Assembly (NCBI GenBank): GCA_946965045.2
Contig: OX337242.1
Coordinates: 2,604,001-2,668,000, forward strand
Reading direction: 5' to 3'
DNA: 64,000 nucleotides
Source of the DNA: Epithemia pelagica
Lineage: Eukaryota > Protista > Bacillariophyta
Shown here one piece after another: positions 24,457 through 37,100 of the stretch (its first letter is position 1; each line of letters begins with the position of its first letter). A program made the position numbers and the translations under genes. The notes under the pieces were generated by a model. The model ran no database searches and was not told where the DNA came from. It worked only from the letters and a program-made list of their open reading frames with translations.

Positions 24457-25363
24457 ATGTATCATACCAGCCACTATCTCTCCACGATCTTGTTGACTTT
24501 GACACTTTGTGGCACACATGGTTTTCTCAAGGGGTCGTGGAAAAACAACAACATCCAGACAAGACGACAGCTTGCTTCCGACTCGTCGTGTTCCGGAGGC
24601 GACGATTCCGTCAAAGTCCTCGACAGCAGTGACTGTGGAATCAATCTTAGCAGTGCCAACAACTACGACGACTCCTTGATTGTTCTTGATGGAAATATGG
24701 AATGCGGCAACCTTGCCGAAGATCAAGCGGTCATTACGATTTCGGCCTCACGTGTGACCCTTGATTGCCAGAACAATAATATCCTAATTACTGAACCTTC
24801 TGCCCTACGCCGGAAAACTCATGGAATCAGAATCACAGGGAACAATGTGATTGTGCAAAATTGTGATGTGTCTAGATTTGGCCACGTAGTCATTTTGGGT
24901 GAGAAAGATGCAACAAATTCGTTCAGCAACATTCTCCTTCAAAAAATCAAGTCCCATGATAACTTCTTTGATGTTCTCACGACGCTTTCGACTGGGTCTC
25001 GAGTGACTGTTGTCAATTCTCAATTCAACAACAATGGAGCTGAAGGATTTGATGTTGATAAGAGCTCTGTAACCATCACAGATCTCGTTGTCATATCTGT
25101 ACAAGCGAACGAAAATGGTGACGACGGCTTTGAGGTATCCAACGTTGTGAATGGAATGTTTGTGGGCATTGAAGCCAACAACAACAAGGATGATGGAATG
25201 GACTTTTCGACGAATGATGGCACCGTGCTGGTTCATGATTCAAGGTTTTGTAACAATGATGATGACGATATATTCGGATCTAGTGTCCTTCCATCAGTCC
25301 GTCCAGTGTACGGATGAGAAAGTGGCAGGTATCACAGGAGTTTGTAACTGCCCATGTGTCTGA
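24457..25363 (+). CDS. Secreted right-handed beta-helix protein, probable C-terminal frameshift
   Basis: Signal peptide, ISASRVTLDC and Asn/Gly-rich repeats. The ORF stops at 25317, but removing one copy of GTCC (25297-25304) gives PSVQCT..GVCNCPCV* at 25363, matching the paralog's Cys tail. Confidence 0.8.
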
Positions 25364-25564
25364 CCATCAAAATAAGAATGAAAACCGAAATTAGACAAGA
25401 AGCTTGACTCTAGCAATGATTTCTTATGAAATTTCTACGCAAGGACCAAGCCAGCTACCTACTAGTTTTCCATTGCTAACTGCTAACCGTAGGAAAGCAC
25501 CAGGATCAATGATAGAGTCTACTTTAAAATAACTACGACAATGCAAACACAAATAGAGCTGTGC

Positions 25565-26371
25565 CTACGCCAAATGCCATGGACATGACAAGGGACAAAT
25601 CTGTGGATTGAGATGACAATCCGCCGGACTAGGTGTCCAGGTTCTCTTCACCCGGACTAAAGACTGCCTCAAATTCGCCACGAGTAAAAGAAGCATCCGA
25701 GCCACTTTTCTCACGAATATGGTCTGCCAATTCCGGACTGACGACCTGGGCACCTCCGTAGAACCGGTTGAGAAACTCAATGATGTTGTCCGCCGAAACA
25801 CATCCATCTTGTGTAGATGTACCATCATCGGCAGAGGAAGTACAAGCCACAACGTCATCAAAAAGGAATTCTCTTGTTTCACGAGGGAGTGAAAGACTAT
25901 TCATTTTCCAGACGGTAATGATTCCGTCACCGTCCGTGTCAATCAAGGCGATCGCGTTTGAGCCACCTTGTCAATGTTTTACTTCACTGGGTCACTGTCG
26001 TCTGCTGCATCACCCCCCACAAGTCAATACAATAAGGAAGAGTATAGAGATTGGAGCTTGTCTGCAGATAAGTCCGTACGGTCTTCTAGATGGGGAGCAA
26101 TCGTTTGAACCTCGGACTGAATCAATATGGAGCTCGTCGAGGTTCCTGTATCAATCCTGTTGTTCGGAAGAAGGAAGCCTTTATTGTTGCTGCTGTTGAC
26201 GGTGCTGGTTCCACCAGGTGACTCTGGGGTCGTCAACAACAAGCGTCGATTGACATTGCGAAGTTCCTTGAAAATACAAACAATGTCTGGGAAGCATATA
26301 TCGACAATGCCAAAGGCATCTTCACCCTCTCCCAGTGATTGTGGAGTTGGACAAATAAGTTGGACGAACAA
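25565..26371 (-). pseudogene. Degenerate gene with an EF-hand-like loop
   Basis: The DTDGDGIIT motif lies in ORF 25629-25946. Neighbouring ORF pieces are separated by stops and frameshifts. Boundaries are uncertain. Confidence 0.4.
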
Positions 26372-27157
26372 GGTGTCATCTCCCGCAGCAGGAATTTGAA
26401 AATTGCCGCAATCACAAACAAAAAGATGCGAAGAAGAAAGGTAATGGTGATTTGAAGACTTCGAACCTCCGTCGATGCTGCAGACAGCGTTTCAGACAAG
26501 GTTGTTGTCGTTGTGTGCGCCAAAGAGCTCATGCCGCTGCTCATCAGCTTTCGAACAATAATATGGTTTCGCCGAGGGATCCAATGCTAGTATCCATAAA
26601 GAGTGGGTTTTGTTGTGGTATGCCAGTTGCCAATCACCGATGTAGCGGATACAGGGTTGTTGTTTGTTGGCTGTTCTTTTGGTTGTTGCAGGAAACCACA
26701 AACGCCCAGTTATTTAGGAACGCTGCCTTCTTGTTTGGCTGCTGGAGTTCATTCTTTCGAAACCGACCCCGTCCATCCATTATAAACGGTTCAAAGACTC
26801 GCCAAACCCATTGTCATCGATCCCACCCGGCGAACGGCAATTCGCCATCGACAGTGTCACAACCACGAAATCTTCCCGGTTCATAGTCGCCTTTCGATCG
26901 CTTATCAGGATCTTGAAGCGACAGTCGCCCGAATCGCGTCCTATTGCAACTCAGACGACTGCAAATGCGCGAGCTCACAGACAGTCAGTCGCGTACTCCC
27001 GGGCGACCAAAGGACAGATTCCTAATCCTAGAACGATTGCGTTTGTGAATTAGAAAGATTTGGAGTGCATGAACGGCACTTCCGTTTTAGACGAGATTAT
27101 TTCAAGAACTTGGCATTCATAGGAAACGCAACAACGCTTCAACGCACTACGACATGA

Positions 27158-29368
27158 CTAGTAATGGTTGTGCGGACGCATGTTTCCAAAGTTGCGATGC
27201 CAGTCCTTGCGCCATTTCTTGTTTTTCTTGCTGAGTTGTAGGTACTTGCAGACTGAGTTACACTTGTGAGTGTTGAAAAAGAGTTGTATTCCCTCCTTGC
27301 CCTTGTCAGTGCGACCAAATACCATGACTCGTCCCTTTTTGGAAGCGTAGTGAATAGCAGGGTCGCTAAGCTCAAACCGTGGAGGAACCGTATCGGTGTT
27401 ATAAATGCCTTGAAGGTCGCAGACCATCACTTTTTTATTCGTATGCAAATACGTAAAGTGAGTAAAGGCTTGAAGATATTTTGAAGGATCATCCTCTGTG
27501 CGTGTCGTGGACGCGTTCATGGGCTCAATATAATGGGAAGCTCCTGCCCTGTTACTATCTTGAAAGAAATGCCCGTCGCCTTCTTCATCGTCACTATCTT
27601 CATCGTCGGACTCCTCTTCTTCCTCCTCCTCTCCAATGGCACCTAATGAGAGAGCACCAATTCCATGCTGAATTTTGGCCAATTCCATGTCCACATCCAT
27701 TGGGGCAGCAACCCCGTTCACAGAACCGGCGTTGTCATTCCATTTCTTCCATTGGAATTTGTCCGTATCCAGCATTTTCTCAACCAGAACACCGCGTTCG
27801 CCATTTGGCCATTGGTTGTCCCTAAGTAATAAGACGGAACAGGGCAAAAAGGTTATGAGGGGCGTTGTGTATCGGTTGTATTCAGGTAGTGCACGAAGAC
27901 GGACGTTAAACTCTTGAGCCAAATGATTAGCGAGATCCTGTGTTTCACAAAAGCCCTTATGGAATGCAACGTTTTCTTCAGTGCGTTCCACCAACTTGGT
28001 CTCCTTCGCCACCATGGCGCCCAGTACAAAGTTGGTTGAGGATGCGGAATTCACGAGTCGACAACGAAATGCAAGACGCTCGGCTCCCCGTCCACAATGC
28101 CCCGATTGGATTGCAAGATAGGGTGGAGGATTTCTTCGGTAGGAAATAGCCTCATTTTTGTTTTCATCCCTCAAGCATCCAAAAGGGAGTCCAGGGTAGT
28201 GAGCAAAGTCACGATGCACAGGATTATATTGAAAATGGTCGACAATAGGAAAGTAACGCCAGAACGATTTCTCGGTGGGATCGTTTTCCGATACAACATT
28301 ACGAATCGTTCGTCTCGAAGTACCTCCACCGCCCATGCGTGCTGCGGCCGCATCTTCCATCAGCGCGGTGCGTGTGAGGGTAGAACTTGCAATGAGACTG
28401 GATGCGGTATTTCGAATTTGATTAGCCATTTTATCGCAGTAGAAAAAATTGGCCTTGGCGTCTCCCAGGGCAACGTTGACCGCATGTGCCATGGACTCAA
28501 GGGTCGAGAAATCAGAAAGACGGCTGCCAAAACCAACCAATTGGACATTGAGTTGCTTGCCAAATCGTGTGGCAATAGTCTCCATCCGGTCCATGAGCTT
28601 CCGCTTCATTGCCTCGGGTGTGTACCCGTGGGACCTGGCGTCGGTAGGAGCACCATCGGAAAGAAAATACAAATTGAGGGCACACGTTTCGTGATTGCCC
28701 ATGGCCAACAAGTTTTCGGCTTGGTCCAATGCCGGCATGTAATTGCTGTTGCTTCCTTGCAAGTCACTCCTTTTGGCTCGCTCCCGCTCTTCATACGTGC
28801 GGCTGTCGCGACGAGCCAACAACTTGTTGTAAAGGACCCAGCTCACGGGTTCGCGAGTAAGGACCACAGTCGCCGTTTGACTAAATTCCACCAATGAAAA
28901 GAGGTCTCGATTATTGGCCGTTCCATTGAACATTTGTTCGGCAATAAACTCGAGAGCAGTCATGGTGTACGCGGCAGTTTGACGACAGCGATACAGATCA
29001 ATGTCGTGTATGGCCATGGATCCACTATTATCCACAACCAAGACTGTGTGCGTGGAGGACATTTCAGGTTTGTGAAGCAAGACGTGTCTGGCCTTTTCAT
29101 GGTCTTGTCGCTGCGCCAGGTCAAGTGGAGCCTCTGCCAAAGGGGCTGGATACGACGTGATTTCACAGCGTTGTGTCGCATCCGTAATAAAGACGATACC
29201 ATCGTACTCAATCTTCCACCGGTCTCCCCATGTTCGTGTCCGGGTTCCATGTTTCAAGGCCTTTTGCAGATCGCGCATGGAAATGTCTCGCTGCTGACGA
29301 CGCATTTGACCATGTTCCGAAGATAGAACGGTGATCAAACTCGTTTGCTTTTCCGACAGACCAAACAT
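27158..29368 (-). CDS. vWA-domain plus alpha-kinase (MHCK/eEF2K-type) protein
   Basis: Intact 736-aa ORF. vWA motifs VVDNSGSM, FLSDG and LVGFG. Alpha-kinase motifs VAKE, VEKML, QAFTHFTY, VCDLQG, LSDPAIH, G.TDKG and FFNTHKCNSVC. The N-terminal RRQQRDI..ALKHG segment is DUF4258-like. Confidence 0.93.
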   Translation of the reverse strand: MFGLSEKQTSLITVLSSEHGQMRRQQRDISMRDLQKALKHGTRTRTWGDRWKIEYDGIVFITDATQRCEITSYPAPLAEAPLDLAQRQDHEKARHVLLHKPEMSSTHTVLVVDNSGSMAIHDIDLYRCRQTAAYTMTALEFIAEQMFNGTANNRDLFSLVEFSQTATVVLTREPVSWVLYNKLLARRDSRTYEERERAKRSDLQGSNSNYMPALDQAENLLAMGNHETCALNLYFLSDGAPTDARSHGYTPEAMKRKLMDRMETIATRFGKQLNVQLVGFGSRLSDFSTLESMAHAVNVALGDAKANFFYCDKMANQIRNTASSLIASSTLTRTALMEDAAAARMGGGGTSRRTIRNVVSENDPTEKSFWRYFPIVDHFQYNPVHRDFAHYPGLPFGCLRDENKNEAISYRRNPPPYLAIQSGHCGRGAERLAFRCRLVNSASSTNFVLGAMVAKETKLVERTEENVAFHKGFCETQDLANHLAQEFNVRLRALPEYNRYTTPLITFLPCSVLLLRDNQWPNGERGVLVEKMLDTDKFQWKKWNDNAGSVNGVAAPMDVDMELAKIQHGIGALSLGAIGEEEEEEESDDEDSDDEEGDGHFFQDSNRAGASHYIEPMNASTTRTEDDPSKYLQAFTHFTYLHTNKKVMVCDLQGIYNTDTVPPRFELSDPAIHYASKKGRVMVFGRTDKGKEGIQLFFNTHKCNSVCKYLQLSKKNKKWRKDWHRNFGNMRPHNHY

Positions 29369-29725
29369 GATTCGTGATGGTTGCGATGATTTGATTGATT
29401 GCCTTACGGATATTGTGCCACCATGGCATACTCAAGCTTCCAGTTGCCATATCCTTTTTATGAAACGGACCAATTAAACATCTTGATAAAAATGCCTTCG
29501 AGTCCTGGCAGAGAACAAAATATCTTGTTGTCGACCAATGATAATGCAAGATGAATTCCAAGAAGGCCCCTTGTAGTCATCGTTTACGTCGCCATACCGA
29601 AGCACACAAGAGAAGGAACGACCAAAGACTGTTAGACAAAAACCGAAAAAGCTACCTCCCCAAAGTTCATGCTACCTCATAGGAAAACGCGTTGCGAAAT
29701 TCAGGTCCACCAAGAGACAACGTAC

Positions 29726-30157
29726 CGAGTTTTCAAAATCACTCGTCTCTTCATTGCGTAGAAACAAATAGGTTGCCGTCGTCACTCCCGCAGCAACGAC
29801 GATCATGGCCAACAAGACGACACCTCGCCACAAACGAACAGTCTGGGTTTCTTGTTGAATATAGTGTTCAATTTCCTTGACTTCATCTCTTTGTTGACTG
29901 ACGGCAGGAGGATCCGAAGATGAAATGGAGGGGGCACCTCGATCTGTCGAATCGGGCATCCAATCTTCATCATCATCATCGTAGTCGTTGTTTGCTGACT
30001 TGGAGTTCAATGCCTCTACTCCTTTTTCGGCCTCCTCCATCGTCTTGGTTCCCTGATTCGCAGGATGTTGCTCCTGGAGTCGATTTGTAGACTCCTTGAT
30101 GTTGTCCTCTTGCAAGACCTCGACTGGTGACGACTTCCGATGAATCTTTTTCTTCAT
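29726..30157 (-). pseudogene. First-exon fragment resembling diatom receptor-type adenylate/guanylate cyclases
   Basis: RDEVKEI..QETQTVRLWR, a TM helix and YLFLRNEE..FENS, then a GTACGT donor. The acceptor CTAACAG is near 29629, but no cyclase-like sequence follows. Confidence 0.5.
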
Positions 30158-31925
30158 GGTGAAGGAATTTGGAACAATTTCTCGACGGCGATGCGGCTGT
30201 CTAAAGAGAGCGAAAATAGATCTTGTTTTCGAAAGTGAGCAGAGAGGTATCCCAAAAAACCGAACCAGTGCGGCTGCGGAACCAAAGGCCCAACTTCATT
30301 TCTCCGAATGCAGTTGGGCCCAGCAAAAATTCGGCTGGAAGTTTGAAAATGACTTAAGCCTATACTTGAACCTGACGAATGAGAGAAGCCTGTTCAGCAT
30401 CTACTATGTCCTTTTCCCCCAACGGGAAGGTTCGGATTTCGGATTGGGAACATTCTACTCGTAACTTGTTATGACTAATTAGCCCAAAGCAGGATCTATT
30501 ATCAACAGTATCCATGCCCTCCGCAAAAATAAAAGTGTTCATGCCCGGGAAAGTAATGCAAGCCCTGCCAATCCGATTGTTCTTGGTCGCTCCAGGGACT
30601 GATAGGGATTCCCTGCACGGTTCTATGTTCCCGAAAGCAGGAACAGATTTCTGAATAAAGGGCTTACTTCAGACGTTTAAATAAAAGTCTAGGTCGTCAA
30701 GATAATTGTCCTGGTAGGGAAAAAATTATTTAAGATTGCTGATAGGACCTATGTCACCCTGGAAGTGACAGAAGTTAATGTTGTCCTACCAGAATTCAAG
30801 ACAAATCAAAAAGGATTTCTTGACCTCGCATTTCACGATTTAACAGATCTATGCTAGGAGATCTAGGATGCGCGAGAAGAAGGAATCGAGCTTAGTAGCG
30901 AAGAAGCAACCGTTGCACTAGCGAACTGGTGTCGTCAATCGTCGTCTACTCATCGAATGTTGTATCTGGACGATTGTGTTCGAGGCAAAGGACATTGTGT
31001 AGAAGATTCGGGGCTTTTAAGACCTTGCGATCGTTTGTGGATGGAGAGTGCTGCAACTTTAGGTCCCACATATTTTTTAGATCAAAAGTTTCCGAGACCG
31101 AAACAAGGTACCAACATTACGGGCGGATTTGGAGATATCGCCTACACGAGGAGTGTGCTAATGGAAAGGTTCATGCTACCATGACCCGCGACTAGCAAAG
31201 CGGCAGCGGGCAGGTGATTTTCATTCACAAGGTCACTCTTGTCGAGAACCCTTTTGTCCAAACAGTCATTTCTTTGACCGCATGAATAAGGTTTCTTGTT
31301 CCAGATTCTCAAGCCCTAAACACGACAATTATTGTCAATGGCTCATGAAACTTGAGACCAATAGTAATATTTCACTCTACCAAAGCTTGTCAAGGACATC
31401 AAGTCTCTCAACGAGCAAGCACACATACAGCGACCAGCACCAACCAAGGCCTAGAGTCATCCATGTGACAGCTCAAAACACTGCTCTGTACGGTAGCCTG
31501 CCTTGAACTGACAGATACAGAGAGTAATTTCACTGCATGTTCTTCTTTCGGTCCATTTCCGCTGGCAGAGAGTAGGGGTAGGAGTACCGTGGCATTCTTT
31601 CCCACTGAACGAAACAATAGGAAGGATTGATAGCATGGATAGCAGAGCATCCTTTTTTGTGCTACCCATAGACGACCAAAGAAAAAGAAAGGATGCATAC
31701 TAGGATTGATGGGTTTTTTGGTGATCATGGCAGTCCCTGTCGTGATTGATTTTTGCAGTCTCGATTACTTTGCCGCCTTACTAGGTAGTAGAATGCCAAC
31801 CTTGGTAGATTTGCAGTCATGTGTTGAGCAGTTTCAATGCAATGCAATGCAATGCAATGCAGTGAAGGCGTTCATTTTCATCTTCTCGTTGCAAAAGCGA
31901 ACATTTGAAGGAGGCTTACGAGGCG

Positions 31926-34075
31926 AATCCTCTTAGAGCCGCCTCCAAGTTTAGCTACTCCTATATAGGTAGACACCGATGAGGTAGCAACATGCTACCG
32001 TTTTGATTCCCAGTCATACGATGTGATCCATGGGGGCTGGGCCCAAAATAGAATGATACTGGACAAAACAGAATACAACACCAATCCGCACGGTTCATAA
32101 TAATATAATTTCATATCAGTCACGTCGTGGGGGCATCGGTAGACACCTATTGACTAGCGAAAGAAATTCAAAACTGACCATTATTTTGCCACAATCTAGG
32201 ATCAACAATCAACAATGAGGATCAAGTTGTAGTACTCCGGCATTCGGAAACCAAGAATGGATTGTCGGGACTCTCGACTCTCGACGGCAAGTGACACCCC
32301 ACATGGATATGCGCCGAGTTTGGTAGTCTCTAGTCTCTCTGCTTGTAGCGAAAGTCGATGGAGTTCAGACCCATACAGAAAGTGATTGGATCATTGCCGT
32401 GAGAGTTGCCGAGTGCAACGAAGGATTTGATGCGAAACGTACAAGGTACAGAGTTTGTGAACAACGTGACTGGTCTTGTAGAGATGATATGGGCTCTATT
32501 GGAATACAGCCAGTAACGAAGGATGATTGAAAACATGAATGGAAAACTTCCGGAATTCAAGGTAGGCCTATCTTGGATTCCAAGAACCGCGACTGATATT
32601 GAGCGAAATTTGGGCGAGTAGCTAAGCCCAGAGGAAAGCCTAGCTTAAGGTCTCACTAATACGATTTTCACTCCGTAACCTTGTTTGTAATTTGGTTTAT
32701 CAGACCCAATCGATCTAATCACTGAGATGCTACACTCACCATGGCCTGGGAAGGTCGCGAAATATCTAGATCATTCGCTTTGAGAATGACTGCCCAAGGT
32801 TGGATACCTGTTCTCCCTTTTCTCTGCTAATATCTCGCCTGCAACGGGGCCTGAGATTGAGAAATGTGGTGTGTGGTCGGCTTGTGCGCACACACCGGGC
32901 AATGGCGGACGCGCCGTTCATCCTGCCGTTGAAGGATGCTAGCTATACGGACACGTTCATTTACTTAATGACGTGCGCCGTCCTAGCGAACATGTGAGCT
33001 AATCCTCTTAGAGCCGCCTCCAAGTTTAGCTACTCCTATATAGGTAGACACCGATGAGGTAGCAACATGCTACCGTTTCGATTCCCAGTCATACGATGTG
33101 ATCCATGGGGGCTGGGCCCAAAATAGAATGATACTGGACAAAACAGAATACAACACCAATCCGCACGGTTCATAATAATATAATTTCATATCAGTCACGT
33201 CGTGGGGGCATCGGTAGACACCTATTGACTAGCGAAAGAAATTCAAAACTGACCATTATTTCGCCACAATCTAGGATCAACAATCAACAATGAGGATCAA
33301 GTTGTAGTACTCCGGCATTCGGAAACCAAGAATGGATTGTCGGGACTCTCGACTCTCGACGGCAAGTGACACCCCACATGGATATGCGCCGAGTTTGGTA
33401 GTCTCTAGTCTCTCTGCTTGTAGCGAAAGTCGATGGAGTTCAGACCCATACAGAAAGTGATTGGATCATTGCCGTGAGAGTTGCCGAGTGCAACGAAGGA
33501 TTTGATGCGAAACGTACAAGGTACAGAGTTTGTGAACAACGTGACTGGTCTTGTAGAGATGATATGGGCTCTATTGGAATACAGCCAGTAACGAAGGATG
33601 ATTGAAAACATGAATGGAAAACTTCCGGAATTCAAGGTAGGCCTATCTTGGATTCCAAGAACCGCGACTGATATTGAGCGAAATTTGGGCGAGTAGCTAA
33701 GCCCAGAGGAAAGCATAGCTTAAGGTCTCACTAATACGATTTTCACTCCGTAACCTTGTTTGTAATTTGGTTTATCAGACCCAATCGATCTAATCACTGA
33801 GATGCTACACTCACCATGGCCTGGGAAGGTTGCGAAATATCTAGTTCATTCGCTTTGAGAATGACTGCCCAAGGTTGGATACCTGTTCTCCCTTTTCTCT
33901 GCTAATATCTCGCCTGCAACGGGGCCTGAGATTGAGAAATGTGGTGTGTGGTCGGCTTGTGCGCACACACCGGGCAATGGCGGACGCGCCGTTCATCCTG
34001 CCGTTGAAGGATGCTAGCTATACGGACACGTTCATTTACTTAATGACGTGCGCCGTCCTAGCGAACATGCGAGCT
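31926..34075 (+). repeat. Tandem duplication of a 1075-bp unit upstream of the copia gag
   Basis: Copies at 31926-33000 and 33001-34075, with six substitutions seen by eye. Confidence 0.95.
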
Positions 34076-34198
34076 CTCACCTCCGATTCTACTTTACTGC
34101 TCGCTCGCAGGTAGAATCGAAACAATGAGGTGAAGATACGCAGTGTCATCACTTTACTCGAAAGTCCGAAAGAGTTCCAACTAAGAAGTAAACCAACC

Positions 34199-37100
34199 AT
34201 GGCCGCCGTCTCTCCTCTACAACTGCTCAACGTGTATATGGACGTGATCCTTCAAATCACTGATCCAGCAGTGCGTAATGCATTGAATGCTCAAGGATTA
34301 ACATCGGTCTATGATTTTGAAGCTTTGAGCGAAGAGGATGTCGCCGAAATTTACTCGAACGCTCGAAAGCCAGGTGGATTGATTGCCAATCCAGATCCAA
34401 CAGGTGTCCCAGCCATGATAGCCAATCCTGGCGTTCTTATTGGACACCTCGTGGAGAAGAAGTTGAAGATGCTCCGCAATTACATCGTCCATATTGGAAA
34501 GATCAACCGTACCTTTGTTGCCGTTCCTCCAACAATGAAGGACCTCACTATCCTCTATCGGTTTAAAGAAGGTTAAAAGGAATATGACAACGATATTGAG
34601 CTTCCTTCCAAACTCAGCTCAGTGGACAATATCCGTGTGGTTTTAGAAGACCTTGACAACTACCTCGAACGAAAGCAAGGCGTGACCGGAATTCCCTTGG
34701 CTGCATACACCAGAACCAATCCTGATGTCCCCAACGAGACTGACGACCCTTTAGGCTTTGGGAATCCAACAATTATAGCCAAAATGATACGTCGTGCTCC
34801 CCATCAAGGACCCACGGCAGAAACTGATATGATCACAGTTTGGGAGGTGATTCGCCATATCACTCACGATGGCCCTGGTTGGGGCTGGGTCATGTCTTTC
34901 AGCCGAAGCCGCAACGGTCGCGCTGCCTATATGGCACTCAAGGAGCACTATCTTGGAGATGCTTTTCAAGCCCGGTTGAGAGCCAAGGCCGATCAATTGT
35001 TGGGAAGTTCGTATTATGATGGATCCAAGCGGAATTTCACTTATGAACGGTACATCGAAACGCTTCAGCGCGCCTTTACCGACTTGGAGTCCACTGGAGA
35101 AACAGTCAGCGACGAACGAAAGGTTCGTATTCTAATGACAGGAGTCAACGATCCTCGACTTGAGAGTGCCAAGAATCAATTTCTGGCTACTCCTACACTG
35201 CGCGCAACTTTTGAGAGTGCCTCCAATTTCCTAGCTGAGGTCCTCGACAACAAAGTCTCCTACAGTGCCGCAAACCGAAAGCAAGCACGTATTTCATCTG
35301 TGAATTATACTCCCAATAAAGGCAAAGGGAAGAATAATAAAAACAATAAAAACACCGAAGAGAAGAAAGATCTCACTGACCGATACTATAAGCCCAACGA
35401 ATGGGCAAAGTTAACCGGCGAGGAACGACAACGCGTTCGTGATGCGCGCGATAAACGAGACAAGAGACGAGGGGTCGGTGCTGTTTCCTCAGGAAAGAAG
35501 AGGAACAACCCCAACAACGATGAGACCCCTGATATATCCGAGGAGTCATCCTCAGAAGAGAATAACAACGATACAAAAGGTATCGGCGCTGTTATGTCTC
35601 AAAGGAAAAAGAATCGTAACGTTTGACATCAGTTGATGAGCGTACATACACACATGAATGAAATTACAGTACCGTTGGTGTACTGCGAATTGGACAGTCA
35701 TGCTGACACATGTTGTCTCGGCACTGGTTGTTATGTGTTATATCAAACCGATACTGCAGATGTAAGCGGTTTTGTTGAGAGTCTGGGAAAGATCAAGGAA
35801 GCAGCAGTAATAACGGGAGTCCTAGCTTATGATGACGAGGAAAGTGGCAACACTTACTTGCTTTACTTCCATCAAGCGCTGCATCTTCCCCAAATGAAAA
35901 ACAGATGCTTTTAAACCCAAATCAAATGAGAGAAGCAGGGGTTGAGGTCAACGATGTTCCTCTCAAGTATCTCAAACCAGAGGAACGTACTCATCGTGCA
36001 CACAGTCTACTTGCACGGAACGATGAAGAAGACGAAGTAAGAATCCCCCTTGATCTTGTGGGGGTGCTTAGTCAATTCAAGACGAGGAAACCAACGAGTC
36101 AAGAAATTGAATCCATTGATCCTGCATTTTGAATCAATATGACCAACGATCGTCCGGAGTGGCAGCCGAATGACTCGACACCAGATGTCAATGAAAGGAC
36201 GCTCCGGAGATCCATATCAAACGAAACACCAACAGTTGAACGCGATAGACGAATAAATGTTCGAATGACAAAGGCAATGCGAATCAACAATCGCAAAATC
36301 ACCGTATCCGATATCACGCATAGAAGAAAGGGGACGGTAAATGCAAACGAGATTGCGAAACGATGGAACATCGGCTTGCCAAGTGCCGAACGAACTTTTG
36401 CCACGACAACTCAACTGGGAGTCAGAGACTTCACTGGAGATTCCGAAGGGGGCCGCAGGTTGAAACATACCGCTTATCAACTGCGTCATCGCCGCCTTCG
36501 CGCAGACGTGTACACGGATACACTCTTCTCGGAAACCAAGTCTCTCGATCAACATACCTGTGGGCAAATCTTTGCCACCGACTTTGGGTGGGTCCACTTT
36601 GTACCCATGAGATCCAAAGGAGATGCGCCAGAAACCTTGGCACCAATATTCGATGAATATGGCATATTCAACCATATCATTCCAGATAATGCCCCGGAGC
36701 TTACGTCACATGCCTTTCGAAAGATCGTCCACAAATACGGCAGTCGCATCAAGCCAGTGGAGGCATGGACGCCAAATCAAAACTTGGCGGAAGCGAATAT
36801 TCGAGAACTTAAACGCCTTCATCGGCGTGAGATGCGAAGAAGCAATGCACCAGCCGTCTTATGGGACCATTGTCTCATGCTTGCAGCAGAAAGACGGTCA
36901 CATACTGCATTTGCTCAGAATAATGATGGTCCACCAATTCAGCAGTTAACCGGTGATACACCCGACATCTCCCATATTGTTGAACATCAGTGGTATGACT
37001 GGGTATGGTATGCGAACCCAGGTATTGAAGGCCGTCAGCTGGGACGTTGGTTGGGTCCAAGTCGCTCAGTGGGTCAGGCAATGTGTGGAAAAGTTCTCAC

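Noticed and set aside
31834-31861. (AATGC)n tract as a functional element
   Set aside because: Ordinary short microsatellite.
33405-33716. Antisense ORF in the tandem unit
   Set aside because: It is 103 aa with a non-ATG start and no motif; its recurrence only reflects the duplication.
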